Positions 26,201 through 38,694 of a DNA stretch of 64,000 bases are shown one piece after another. Positions within the stretch are counted from its first letter, which is position 1, and the number at the start of each line of letters is the position of its first letter. Source of the DNA: Ascoidea asiatica JCM 7603 (taxonomy: Eukaryota; Fungi; Ascomycota); contig BCKQ01000001.1 of NCBI GenBank assembly GCA_001600695.1, positions 8,423 through 72,422 on the forward strand. The letters are read 5' to 3'. The notes under the pieces were generated by a model. It saw only the letters and a program-made list of their open reading frames with translations, was not told the origin of the DNA and did not search any database. The position numbers and the translations under genes were made by a program.

Positions 26201-29200
26201 AATCGAAAGCTGTTGTTGGTTATTATATAAGTCCTTCAACAAAATGTTTTGGAAGGAAATTTTTTACTGAAAGTCTAAATAAATGTATTGACACTAAATA
26301 TGTTAAATTTTTCAAAAATGGTACTGCCCAAGAAAATATCTATGACAGGTTTGAAAAAGAATGTGAAGATATTGATATGGAACTTGAAAATGAAAATAAA
26401 TCGGGACCTAGAAGTAAAGATGTAATTACAATTGATAAAGATGATATCCACACAGGTCATAATGACAGAGAACAAATTAATATACTTCCAGAATATGAAA
26501 ATGTTGATGAAAATAAAGATTTATGTGATGGGTATAAAATTAAAAAAGGCTTGTGGTGGGGATTCTGATAAAGTTATTCCAAACACTTTCAGTCTGATCT
26601 TGTTAATGCTAAAGAAACCATATCTATAAATTATAGATCAACATCATCTAGGACTGTAAATCATTTTGAAGTCAAGATAACAAGCCTGTAATAAAGAAAG
26701 ATGTTTCTAGCCTACACAAGCACGAAATCAAATTCTTACCTAATGGCTTAGGCATTGAAACTTTGTATGAGTATTTACCTGATGATATCTTGATGATAAA
26801 TAATATTAATCCAGTTGTTATTCCATAGTTAGTTACTCGAGCTGCGTCTTCAGAATAAATTTTAAAGTGGAAAGATGCATAGATTCTGAGATTGAAAGCT
26901 TAGAACTTCATAGTACTTACAGTAAGCCATTCGACGACATTGATGCTTGGAAAGGAAGACTATTACAACTAAATGCGGTTTCTATATCAAAGGCAGTAGC
27001 GCGGTGTATTCAAAGGCGAGCTAGTGGCTTTACGTAGTCATCAACATGGTCATCTCTATCATGCCACATATGCTCTCACATTATATACGGCTATGTTAAA
27101 TATATGTACTGAATTGTTCTTGAAGAAAAAGTTAGTTTAAAATCTGATGGACAATTCCACTGCTTACCTAAATGCTGAACTTGATCAAGATATTTTTATA
27201 TATGTGCCTGATCATATAAGTGGAGCAGATGGTATAACTAGAATAGAAAAATTGCAAAAGGTATTGTATGGTTTGAAACAAAGTGGTAGAATATGGTACT
27301 CAACCATAGCTGCTTTTGTTAAAGAAAATAATTTCGAGGTTTCACCCATTGCCCCTTCTGTTTATTTAGGGAAGCAAAATTGAGAAATTATTGCTTTAGT
27401 AATACGCTTTGTTGAGGATATGGTATTTATGACTAAAGGTGAGGAGGTGTTTAAGAACCTTATGAATATTAATAAAAACAAATTCAAGTCTAGAATTACA
27501 CTTAAACATTCTGATGGTACGCGCATGTGGTTATGGTTTAATGTTGAAAAGATTATTAACCCAAATGGATCAATTAAACAAATGAAATTATCCTTAGCCG
27601 ATAATATCACAAAGTTGTGTAAGGCTAATGATTGTATTAATGATAAAAAACATACTCCAATTGACACTAGCTTTTATTATGTGTTAGTTGATAAAAAACT
27701 GGATTATAATCAAGATACATATACATTAGCAAAATTTGTCGGGAATTACAGATCAATTGTTGGTTCGTTATTGTATATAAGCAATAGAAGTAGTCCAGAT
27801 ATCTCTTATTCTGCTCAATCTATGACTAGATTTTGTAAACTTGCACATCCAAAATTATTTAAAAAATAGAAAATAAAAAGAATTATTTATATTTCTCAAA
27901 AACAGAAGCTTTGAAATTTGAATATCATAGTAATACTAGCCCAATTAACAGTTATTGTGATGCAGCTTTTTCAACTGATCCAAATTCTAGAAAGAGTACT
28001 CTCAGTATTATATCAAAGTTGGTAAATAATTCAAACATTTCAGGGCGTTATAAAGTTACTCCTCTTGTATGTACTCCAGCAACCAAAACTGAAATTCACG
28101 GTTAGATGAAGTATTCAAAAGAAGCAATATAGTTAAAAGAAATCAAGTTATTGTTAAATTATAATGTTAACTAAAGTATTGTTGTTTATTATTATAATGA
28201 AGGTTCAATAACTTTATCAGGAAGAGAAAATGTGAACTGTAGGAACAAACATTAAGGAAGATATCAACATTCGTACAATAAAATTCATTCATATCAAATC
28301 TGAGTTGATGGTGGCATATATTTTCATGTTCAAGAAACGTATTGCAAATTATTCCTCAAAAGCGTTTGGTTATTAATTATTTTAAATATAAATTAAGGAA
28401 GTATGATGAATATTGTACTGTTCGCAACTAATCAATCCTAATTCCAATTTGTTTTTGATCTAGGTTCTGATTTATTTTTTATTTTCAATTTGATTCTTTC
28501 ACATATTCCACTGTTAAAACTAATTCATATGTTAGGAAAGAAGTTTATAAATAGGGTATTGGGTTTTATATCAAAGATAATTTTGGCTGGAAATAAAGTG
28601 AAATTGCCTTAACTTTCAAGACGAAGTTTTAATATTATAGCTCAAAATTACCCTTTTGAATTAACGTTGGTACTGTTTTCTTTAACTAGCCATTTCTTGG
28701 AAGAAGAAGGTTTGATATTTTGCTGGAAAATGTAATTGGTTTATTTTTGTTTTTGTTCGGATGATTTAATGTAGAAAGTGGTTATATTTAATTGGTGATC
28801 ACTCAGTGCTGCGTTTATGAACTAATTTTATTGGTTAGTGATTATTTTCTTGTTTCCAACTTCTGGCTCTATTCCGTCAAAGGTCAATTTGATTTTGAGG
28901 TTATTCGATTTGGTGGTTTTTATTAATCAAAACCAATTTGCTCTTAATTTTTTTTTACCTTTTTGTTATTATGTTGTTTGTGTTTTGGTTTTTCAAATGA
29001 ATTTTCTTTTTAATTTACAAACTAGTTTGGATTTAAAATTAATATAAAAAAGTGCAAATTTGTTTATTGTTTTGAACTTATTTGTTTGTACTTTGTTTTG
29101 AATTATTTTAATTGATTATAAATAATGGTGTACCATAGCCTCTACATTTACTAATATTGTTTTATTCTTATTACTGTCTCATTGATTATTTTAATGATAA

Positions 29201-29307
29201 ATTAAAGCGGTACTTAAAATAAAGTTTTACAAATAAGTGTTTTATAAATGTCTTTTTTGAGGTTGTGTGTAGAACATGTACACACGCGTTGCCACCAATT
29301 CCTTTCA
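23297..29307 (+). mobile_element. Full-length decayed Ty1/copia element with direct LTRs
   Basis: LTRs 23297-24105 and 28404-29307 (both TGATGAATATTG...TTCA). TSD TTTAG at 23292-23296 and 29308-29312. Gag knuckle FHCGVVGH, protease IIDSGAG, integrase LHSALGH..CQVC, HSDIAGP and GDNGAEY, RT LYGLKQSG, RNaseH YCDAAF. Confidence 0.93.
24106..24115 (+). promoter_or_regulatory. Primer-binding site for initiator tRNA-Met (Ty1-type)
   Basis: TGGTAGCGCC immediately after the 5' LTR terminal CA. Confidence 0.9.
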
Positions 29308-29899
29308 TTTAGTGATTGTACGCTTTTGACCATTAAATAAAGAAACACCACCCATTTAAATAGCCAAGGGAATAAGCGTTTTTATTAGGCGATATTAATG
29401 TAAAATGATTTCACGGGCTTCAGGTTTTTATTGGCAGCGTTCCGCGTTAAAAGGCATTCGAAGCATACTCAATTTCTTTATTTTTTTTAATTAGAAACAC
29501 TTTCCAAATAGATTGATTTTATTCTTTTCTTATTAATTTGTTTCTATTTTAATTTCGAAAAACTATTAGTTTTTTTATTTTACCATAGAGTATTGTTTTC
29601 GAAACAATCAAATTTTATCAAAAATGTTTTATTTATTTAATGTTGTTAATTTATTTTAATTTTCGACTTATGTTAATAGTCTTTTATATATTAATGATGT
29701 TAAGCTTTAATTCAAATTATCTTTCACATTTGAGTTTTATGAAAAAGCTTGTTTGAAAACTTACAAAAAAAAAACTTTTTGTCCGCCACTTAATATTCCT
29801 CACCTATAAATGACGGTTAATTTAGGCATTTATTTAGTAATGTTATTAAACCGATATCGTCTTAAATAAATCGGAACAAAGGTGGCATTTAAAAGTTTG

Positions 29900-32876
29900 T
29901 GACCAATATTGCATTGTTGGCAATTAATAATCTTTAATTATAAAATGTTTTGATTTTTCCATTTCATGTTTTTGGTTTTCAATTTGTTTATCTCACGTGG
30001 TCGTTTTTACCACCAATGTTTATGTAATTAAGGTGATATACATCTATGGCTTTAAATATTATTTCAAACATTATTTTGGATGGCAACAAATGTGAGTTGC
30101 CTTAGTTTTTTGAACGCATGCCAAATATTGTATGGTAAAATTATTTTTATTATTTAAAGTTGGTAGTGTTTTCTGTAAATTTACATTTCGTGGAAAAGGC
30201 AACTTTAATATTTGGCTACAAAGTACCATCAGTTTATGGGTTTTCTTGGACCATTTACAATATAAATTGATTATATGTAATTGGTCAATTTTCAGCTGTG
30301 GTTTTATTAGCTCAATTTATTTGTCGGTATTTCGGTTCTTGAACTGAACTTTTGTTGTTTTTAGTTCAAAGGTCAATTTGGTTTTGAGGTTGTTATATTT
30401 CATGAGTTTGTTTAATCTGGATTCAAATTTTGATTTATAATTTGAGTTTGACTTAGATTTAGATTTTGATTATTATTTCCATTATTGTTCTCAGCCATGT
30501 TTTGATTTTGATTTGAATTTGAAATCATTTTTGGTACTGCTGAATTTTTAGTTGACAATATGATTTTTAAAAACGGCAAAAAAAAAGTTCAATTAAGAAA
30601 ACAGTAGTTATATTTATAGGTCATATATGCTTTATGAATAATTCACCGCAATGAAGGAATTAAAAAAGTTATATTTGATTATATTTTAAAATCATTAAAT
30701 TATAAAGGATTAAGTAACTGAGTATTGAGGTACGTAAGTAATTGAAAAGGTGTGAAAAGTTACCAATATTTAAAATAGAACCAATTACCAAGTTTATTAG
30801 CAACGCGTAAACTCAAAAATATAAATAAATAAATTAAAATAATCATAAAATAAAATAATTATAAAATGAAAAAGAATAATCACAAAAACTCGTCCACCCA
30901 CAAGCATGGTAGTACTTCGATAATCGTAGTAGCATTAAACTGGTCGTACCATAAATTTTGTAATACGTGAATTCACACCTCTAGACATCATTTAATTGCC
31001 ACCAGCACGGGTTCAATCTTATAGCTCAGCCTCTTTTTCTGATGCCGCACACCTTCCGCCACTGCTTTCTGCTGTTCCTGGCAATGTTTTAAACTTTGCC
31101 CTTAACTTTGGTATTTCTTTTTCACACCCCCAACTTCTAAACCTAAATTTCACTGTAACGAGTTGAATCTAAATTGGGAGAGAAATATAATAATTGTGGA
31201 ATTCCATAGATATTATAACAAAGGTAAAAATAAGATCCCTACTGTAATATGATGATAATTATAAAAATATCCAAATTGAAGATGCACTATTTGTAATAAT
31301 ATGTAATATCATTTTAATAAAAGTAATCTTCTTTTTCTTCTTCTCTTTGTGGCTTTTGATTCTTTTCAGTGAGACAGATAGCTATAATAATATAAATACT
31401 GTAGAAACTTACTTCATGCATTACACTGAATACACGGACAATTATAAGTAATTTTTAATAAAACGTTTTCATTATTTCATTTAATTTTCTTCCTTTCACA
31501 ATTCTTTATAAACTTTAATTCTGGTCAACCTGTTCAATCGTTTTCTTCAACTGGTTTACCTTATAAAATTCAAATTCAAATAATATTTTATTTGTAGATT
31601 TTGATATATTTCCTCGCAGTTGAGTTTTTTTGGATTTTTTTTATTAACGTCTTAAGATTCTCAACCATCCTACTCGCCCAATACCATAATCAATAACACC
31701 ACGTCTGGAGTTAATAAATAGCACCTCAACATGCTTCCTATCCAAATCCAAAGGTACAACCAACATAGTGTAACAAAAAGGGTGGTGATCCAAAAAAATA
31801 GATTTCTTATTTTAATTCCAGTATTTAATAAAATGATTTAAAATTTTTTATTGTTTATTAACTTTCAAGTCTTAAAATTGCTTCTTTGTTGCTTAATTAT
31901 TCTGATAAATTAGAATGAATAAAAACAAAATATAAGACCATTAATATAGAATTGAAAGGCATGAAAAAAAAAGAGTTTTTTAAACTGTAGTAGAACGAGT
32001 AAAAACTAATTTTTGAAATTGTAAAATTTTGAAATATAAAATTTAAAAATAATTGTTAAGATAGTAAGCCTCTAAATCGTAAACCTGACAAATTATTGTT
32101 CAAATTGTAAGCTTCCGTGTTGGTGGCGAAACTGTAAAAGTAACCTTGTTGGATTTTGAAGCTGACAGTGTGAAAGACACAACTGATTGATTTCACATGC
32201 AATCAATGGATATTGTTGTAAGAATTTCACCTGGGTATGCTGATGCTCAACCCTTGACCTATGAGACCAACTTGTTAAATATTGGCGACAATGGTTGTGT
32301 TTAAGAGCCTTGAGAGCTGGCTTGTGCAACGCCAATTTTGACCACTGAGGCGGAATTGTTGATTTTTGAGAGATAGTATGTAAAAATAAAATATAAATCT
32401 GAAACATGTTTTTACTGGGAGGGGTACAACAACACTGGCGTTGATTTGATACAAAAATTGAAGAATGTTAAAGGATAGGCTGGAGCAGAATAGACGGAAA
32501 TTGAAACAGTGGGCGGATAAATGGCAACCGAAAGAAGTGATTTCAGTTTCATTTGCATTACTGCTTTACACATGTGTTTAAGTTTCTCAAAATAATTTTA
32601 TTTTTTTATTTTACAGATTAGCTTTTTTCAAATCAATATTGATTGGTTGAAGATCCTATACCTTGCTTCAAATTATTTTGATTTATTATCTATAATTGTT
32701 TGTTATATGCTACACCTGTTTTAATATTATTTTATTACTACTTTCATTTTATCAATTTATTTTATGAATATTTTAGTGCTTAATTCAAAATTTTGTTGTA
32801 CATCTAAATTGTTTTAAAATGGTTGTGTTAGGTCTTGAAAAAGAACATAGCTTATTGTCGGCCACAATTTGCTTCA
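29900..32876 (+). repeat. Fourth LTR copy of the same family, split by a ~2.1-kb insertion (~30437-32537)
   Basis: 29900-~30436 matches the LTR 5' part (TGACCAATATTGCATTGTT..., ggtcaatttggttttgaggtt). ~32540-32876 matches the 3' part (ggtcttgaaaaagaac..cttattgtcggccacaatttgcttCA). Confidence 0.75.
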
Positions 32877-33209
32877 GTGTCAATAAAATATGGAACTTTT
32901 TTCTTAATTTGAAAATTGAATGTTGAATATAAAACGATAGTTTCTTTTGAATTTCTCTCCAAATAATTTTATTTTAGGGTTGACTTTTCACTTCCCAAAG
33001 CTTGTTAGGTGTGAGAAGTATTTTTTGTAGAGTCGGTACGTATATGCAGAGTTGCAGTCATCTTAAAAAATAGTTTAGCAAAGGCGGGTAACCCCCTTAG
33101 ATTTCTGTTGATTGTTCTAAGTGCTTAAAGGCTAGAAGGATATTCTCATTTAAATATTGTACTAAAGTTTTGTTCTGAAGAATAATGTTTTGGTCAATTA
33201 ATTGTTGAG

Positions 33210-36152
33210 ATGACACCAATGGAAAAGACCATATATATATATATATATATATCATGGTGCTTTTTAAATGTTTTTGCAGTCTTGTTATCAAGTGATTTTT
33301 CTGCAATTCCAGAAGAAGATTCACCTCAGTTCAATGGGAATTCTATAATTTTCAATCAAACTCCAGAAACTACTTCTTTAAGTTCTTTTGTATCAGAAAC
33401 CACGGTTTTAAATTTGTTTATTAATAATCAAACTAAAGTGGATACTCAATGCTCCTCAGTGTTATCAGTTGGTGTTTATAATGATTCTGAATGCTACGTT
33501 CAAAATTTTTCAAATTTCAGTGCAAATTTTCCTAACTTTCTCAAAAACCATATAACATCTTTGGAACATACAGACAACTTTTCTTTCAAAAATTTGCCCA
33601 TAAGGAATCAGAGCTCGATACATTTTGATGTCAGGCTGTCATCCGATTTTAGTTCGGATAGTCAAGCTTTGGGTCACAATACTTCATCTAATTACAATCA
33701 TCACTTGGGCGAAACGTTGGATGATAAACTTCAGATAAATATGTCTTCCCCTTTCAAGTCTGATCACGATGATTTTGAAGAAGTTTCGGAAGCCCCTTTC
33801 TTATCTTTTGAAGAATGGAAAGAATTAAAATCATTGAAAAGTCATAAACATAGCAAATCACATCTTAATAAAGAGAACCGATTAAAAAAAAATGGCCATA
33901 GCCTTCAAAAAATGCAAATCTATCCTGGGGATTCAGAGAAACTGCCTGATATTGAAAAGTCTAAGGTTCCAAACAACAATAACAATATAAATGATATAAT
34001 TGGTGATGACATGGAAATTGACCCTAATTTATTTCATACAAATATTGACATAATCTCCAATCAAAAAAAAAATGGTATACCATATAGTAACAACAAAAGA
34101 TTCAACTATGCTTCCATTGATTGTGCTGCAACTATAATTCAGTCAAACAGAGAAGCGAAAAGTGTTTCCTCCATCTTGTCTGAGAGAAAGGATAATTATC
34201 TTTTGAATCAATGTTCAGCAAAAGAGCAATTTTTAATTATTGAATTGTGCGAAGATATATTAATAGACACGATAGCTATTGCCAATTTTGAATTTTACTC
34301 TTCTACTTTTAAGAACCTAAAATTTTCTGTTTCTTCAAATAATAAAATCTATAAAACTTTAGCTGAAATCAAGGCCAAAAATCTGCGAGACCTTCAAAGT
34401 TTCAAAATTAAAAATCCTTTATTTTGGGCTAGATATTTAAAGGTTGAGATTGGTAGTCATTATGGTAATGAGTTTTATTGCCCGATTTCTTTGATAAGGG
34501 TTCATGGAAAAACAATGATGGAAGAATATAAGTTAGAACAAGAAAAAGAAGAAAAGGAACAAGCTATAGTCTACAGTGATGTTTTGAGCTCAGATCCAAA
34601 AATTATGGAAAATAATAGAAGCTCCAAAATTTTGTCTACATATACTGAAGGATTGAATAACTTCAACATCACCAGTTTGATTTTATCTCAAACCGATAAT
34701 AAAACTTTTATAGACTATCCTTATCAGTATGATATCAATGATCTTATGAACTCCAGTGCTATTTTGACCAATAATCCCAATGGTTCCTTACTCATTAGTA
34801 AAACTTTTGAAGACATTGATGCCTGTTATCCATCTCATTTCCAATATCTTGGCCTTCAGGAGTTTTTGACCGATTTAAACTTGAATATATGTCAGCCGAA
34901 TGCAAGTATGGATTTGGAATATATGGCATCTTTACTGTCCCAGGCTCCTTCACTTCCACCTAGTCCCAATAAATTCCAGTCTACCAATCTTGGAAGCAAT
35001 CAAGTTTTGTCTCAAGAATCGATTTATAAAAATATCATGAAAAGATTAATGCTTTTAGAGTCGAATGCGACCCTTTCTTTATTATATATTGAAGAGCAAA
35101 GTAGATTACTAACTACTGCGTTCAATAAATTAGAAAAAAAGCAGTCTATGAAATTTAATAAACTTCTATCCACTTTTAATTCAACTGTATCCAATCAGAT
35201 TTTTAGTTTAAAACTTTTATATTCTTCTATTGAATCTGAGTCCAGAAAGCTGTTTGAAACTCAATCAGATAACAATCATAAAATGCTGATTAATACAAAT
35301 TTGCAATTGAATATATTAACTGACAAGTTGAATTTTCAGTATAAAATAATATTAATAAACTCTGTAATATTAATTTGTTTGCTAATCTATGTAATACTAA
35401 CAAAAGATACTTATATCGAGACTGAGTACGTAGATGATTTTGAGGAAGTTGCTTATGATCCTCATGTCTTTAGTAACAACGATACTTCATTGTCAAATAT
35501 GAGTTCAAAAAATAATAGTGGAATTATGCTTGGTTGTTCACATACTTCCGATGAGAATTTACTTACTAATAATTCCGGTAAGATAAATAAAAAATCTGTT
35601 AACTTTCATTTGGTCAACTCTTCCTTATCTACTATAGATCTCAGTACCTCCCATATTCTGCATGATAATTTTAATAATGCAAAGACTGCTTATACAACAG
35701 ATAATCAAAATGCTTTTGTACGTGATTCAGCTCATAAAAAAGCTTCTAGTCTAACTAGAGTTGTTTCTTCTCCTACTAGTCCTACTTTTTCAGGAAATCC
35801 TAATGGGTTTTTCAAAAAAAAATTAGCAGTAAAATTAAAACACAAGTTTAGATCGGTTTCAACATTTTATATTAATGCCAATAATAGCAGACAATACATT
35901 CCTCAAGTACTAACCCCAACGATTAAAAGTACCTTTGATAGTATCAATAATGTTAGTAATTCGGCCAAATTAAGAAGAACTTCTTCTTTGCCAAAAATTA
36001 CACTTAAATCCACTTATAAAAATAAAGTGCCTATTTCGTGTTCTGAATTTCAAGTGGTGAAAATGAGTGAGGATTTTGAAACTGATATAGAGAAAGAAAA
36101 CCGTAGAGATTTTCAAACTATTGAAAATGATTCCTTCAAGTTTCCTGGTTAA
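33210..36152 (+). CDS. SLP1: SUN-like ER membrane protein (Slp1/SUCO family)
   Basis: 980 aa. FLSFEEWK, RFNYASIDCAA, IIELCEDILID, ANFEFYSSTFK, HYGNEFYCPISLIRVHGKTMMEEY, QESIYKNIMKRL..LESNATLSLLYIEEQS, and a C-terminal TM segment. Confidence 0.92.
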   Translation: MTPMEKTIYIYIYISWCFLNVFAVLLSSDFSAIPEEDSPQFNGNSIIFNQTPETTSLSSFVSETTVLNLFINNQTKVDTQCSSVLSVGVYNDSECYVQNFSNFSANFPNFLKNHITSLEHTDNFSFKNLPIRNQSSIHFDVRLSSDFSSDSQALGHNTSSNYNHHLGETLDDKLQINMSSPFKSDHDDFEEVSEAPFLSFEEWKELKSLKSHKHSKSHLNKENRLKKNGHSLQKMQIYPGDSEKLPDIEKSKVPNNNNNINDIIGDDMEIDPNLFHTNIDIISNQKKNGIPYSNNKRFNYASIDCAATIIQSNREAKSVSSILSERKDNYLLNQCSAKEQFLIIELCEDILIDTIAIANFEFYSSTFKNLKFSVSSNNKIYKTLAEIKAKNLRDLQSFKIKNPLFWARYLKVEIGSHYGNEFYCPISLIRVHGKTMMEEYKLEQEKEEKEQAIVYSDVLSSDPKIMENNRSSKILSTYTEGLNNFNITSLILSQTDNKTFIDYPYQYDINDLMNSSAILTNNPNGSLLISKTFEDIDACYPSHFQYLGLQEFLTDLNLNICQPNASMDLEYMASLLSQAPSLPPSPNKFQSTNLGSNQVLSQESIYKNIMKRLMLLESNATLSLLYIEEQSRLLTTAFNKLEKKQSMKFNKLLSTFNSTVSNQIFSLKLLYSSIESESRKLFETQSDNNHKMLINTNLQLNILTDKLNFQYKIILINSVILICLLIYVILTKDTYIETEYVDDFEEVAYDPHVFSNNDTSLSNMSSKNNSGIMLGCSHTSDENLLTNNSGKINKKSVNFHLVNSSLSTIDLSTSHILHDNFNNAKTAYTTDNQNAFVRDSAHKKASSLTRVVSSPTSPTFSGNPNGFFKKKLAVKLKHKFRSVSTFYINANNSRQYIPQVLTPTIKSTFDSINNVSNSAKLRRTSSLPKITLKSTYKNKVPISCSEFQVVKMSEDFETDIEKENRRDFQTIENDSFKFPG

Positions 36153-36408
36153 CTACATTCAACTGTTTTGGCAATATAAGCATTGAAACTTCATCTCTCC
36201 AAAAGGATATTTTTCAAATTGAACTGTCGTAATGAGCTTTTTTGCATACTTTAATACTATAAAGCTAATGTAAACTCTTTATATATTTAGTGATAATGCT
36301 GATGATTGCCTTTTAAGTACAAGTATTGTATTTGTCAACTAAGTTTTGACTACTGTGAACCAAAACATGGGTTTAAAATCTATAAAAAATATATAATCCT
36401 ATAAATTA

Positions 36409-38292
36409 TCAATTAAAATTTATAAAATCCAAATTCCTTTTAAAATCTGACCTGTCCTCATTTTCAGATAGAAATTCAATGTCAGTGTCATGGCTAAGAT
36501 CATGATCGGATGACGATAAACTTATATCATTGACAGTATCTTGTATGCCTAGATTGGTATTATCAGCCTCTGAAGTGATTTGGCTGTTATAATCTGGGCT
36601 ATCACCACTTATAATTTTCTCTTTTATACTTTTTTTTCCACTTTTGGCTATATTATAGTTGGGAGTACTTCTGTCAAGATCACTATCACTGCTGCTTTCA
36701 CCCTCGTCATCAGTTTCATCGAGTAATCTTGAAATTTTATTCACCATGTCTAAATTTAAAATAGTCGAAGAATTGGGGTTTTCTTTTTCAACAGGATGCT
36801 GATCTAATAAATTGCAGTTTTTTTCTAATTGTTCATTTTTTTTTTCCATATCTCTATTGCCTATGAATGTGTTTCTTCCACTATTATTTCTAATTATATG
36901 GGAAAGTTTACACAATTTACCTCTAGGGCACGGATTCATCCCTTCGTCGATAAAATCTGGGCATTCATAAACATGTTTAAATTGGCACCTACTGCCTCTT
37001 TCACACCAACCTAAAATTGCAAAGGGTCGACAAACTTTTGCGTTTGCATTGGTCTTAACATGGTTAAATGGGCATTCTGAACCCTTGGAACAATAGCCTC
37101 TTAAAAAAAACAAGCAGGTGGGAGAGTTAAATTGATTGGGAGAATGTGATAAAGTACAACTCATGTTGTTACACTTTCCTGCAATATACTTTCTGCATAG
37201 AGAAACGTGATCTTTCTCATGTTTATATTTGCAAGTTATCCCTTTTTGACATACGCCTTTGGATTTGAGTTTAAGTATAATTTTAAGGTTAGTAAAATAA
37301 TTGTTCAAAGAATATAAAACCAGAAGCTTCGGATTCTATTCATACTCACCTGTTTTTGTATAGTATCTACAATTAGGTACTTTAGATCTAAATTATTTAT
37401 GTTAGTATTGAAATATGCTTATCTTTTTAATTATCAGCTACAGAAAAATCTATACATACAATTTAGTATTCTGCTGAATTAAGGCTCCATTTTTCGATTT
37501 TTTGTACACAAGACCATTATATTCTATAGCTTCACTGGCTGTAGAAGACTGCTTATAAAAATTAGATAATGGAACAAGTTTTAGTCCATTCAATGTTATT
37601 GCATATAATATATGATTCAATTTAATTCGATCGCAATAATCGTATTTGGATAGATTTTTTTTTATTTTTGATTCTATTTGTTTCTTTTCTTTTTCATCTT
37701 TCTGTCTCAATTTCAAGTCTATGGACTGTTCAAATAACTTTCTGTTAACCAATTTCACTCCATTTGTTGAATACGTTGTCATATATTGATTTGAACCGAA
37801 ATCTAAACCTCTGTTTGTTTGAAGATCAGTTTGAAGGTCTACTTTATTATGTTCCTGATTAGAACTAGAAGCGCTGTATATGTTGTTATTATTGTCATTT
37901 TTGATTACTAACTTCATATTTCTATGTGATGGTCTTACTGAGTTAGAATATATTGGGGAAATATATAGGTTGCCATTAGCATGATAGCTATTTGAGTATT
38001 TATATTTTGGACTTATTGAATTATATGGAGCAGAACTTACTTTAGAATTTAAGTTCTCAACTGGGTTGAGATCAGTTGATTGTGAAAAAGAACAGGATGT
38101 AGATATAGGATTTTTTATCACATCTAACTTATTTATTTTATTTGTTTTTAATTTATTATTTAGCTTCGAATTGGATTTGCAACTTTCAATTATTTTTTTC
38201 ATTTCTTGTAATCTTTTATTTAGCTGAATCAACTCCTCAGCTTTGGAAGGATGTGACTGAGATGAATTTGAATTCGACCTGGAGTTTGACAT
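36409..38292 (-). CDS. Five-CCCH zinc-finger protein, ZC3H3/Red5-like; 3 exons (38292-37460, 37387-37350, 37256-36409)
   Basis: Intron 37459-37388 is GTATGT..TACTAAC..TAG; intron 37349-37257 is GTGAGT..TACTAAC..AAG. Splicing joins the two ORFs in frame and rebuilds finger 1 (CRYYTKTGVCQKGITCKYKH), followed by four more CCCH fingers. Confidence 0.85.
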
Positions 38293-38694
38293 AATGAATA
38301 AAAAACTATTATTGATCATATATCTTTAGGGGGTGTTTCTACCCTCTGTTACCTGTAGGAATGTCGTTCAAATGATTTTGATATCTAAACTGTTTAACAT
38401 AACTGGTACCTTTAAAATAAAATGTTCAGATCTTCGTTTTCTCCAATACCAAACCTTTCTCAAACTCAATTTGCTCACAAAGAAACTAAAAGAAAAACCT
38501 GCTCGAAGTCAAGCCCGACCTAAAAATAACATCACGTGATATTTAGCAGAAACTACTAATTCGAATTTGCAAATAAGATATCATTAACACTACTTAGCCT
38601 CATAGATATTCATGCAGTTAGAACTATTTTTTAAAAAGTTACTATATATTACAAACATAATAGAATAAAGCACCAGAGAATGTGAATAAAATGC

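Larger units (their letters stand above)
22957..29802 (+). repeat. Older LTR of the 23297 family, split into 22957-23296 and 29308-29802 by the full element
   Basis: The left part matches the LTR 5' third (aaattgccttaactt, tgccatttc). The right part ends tttttgtccgccacttaatattcctCA, like the LTR end ttattgtctaccacgaattatcttCA. Confidence 0.7.
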
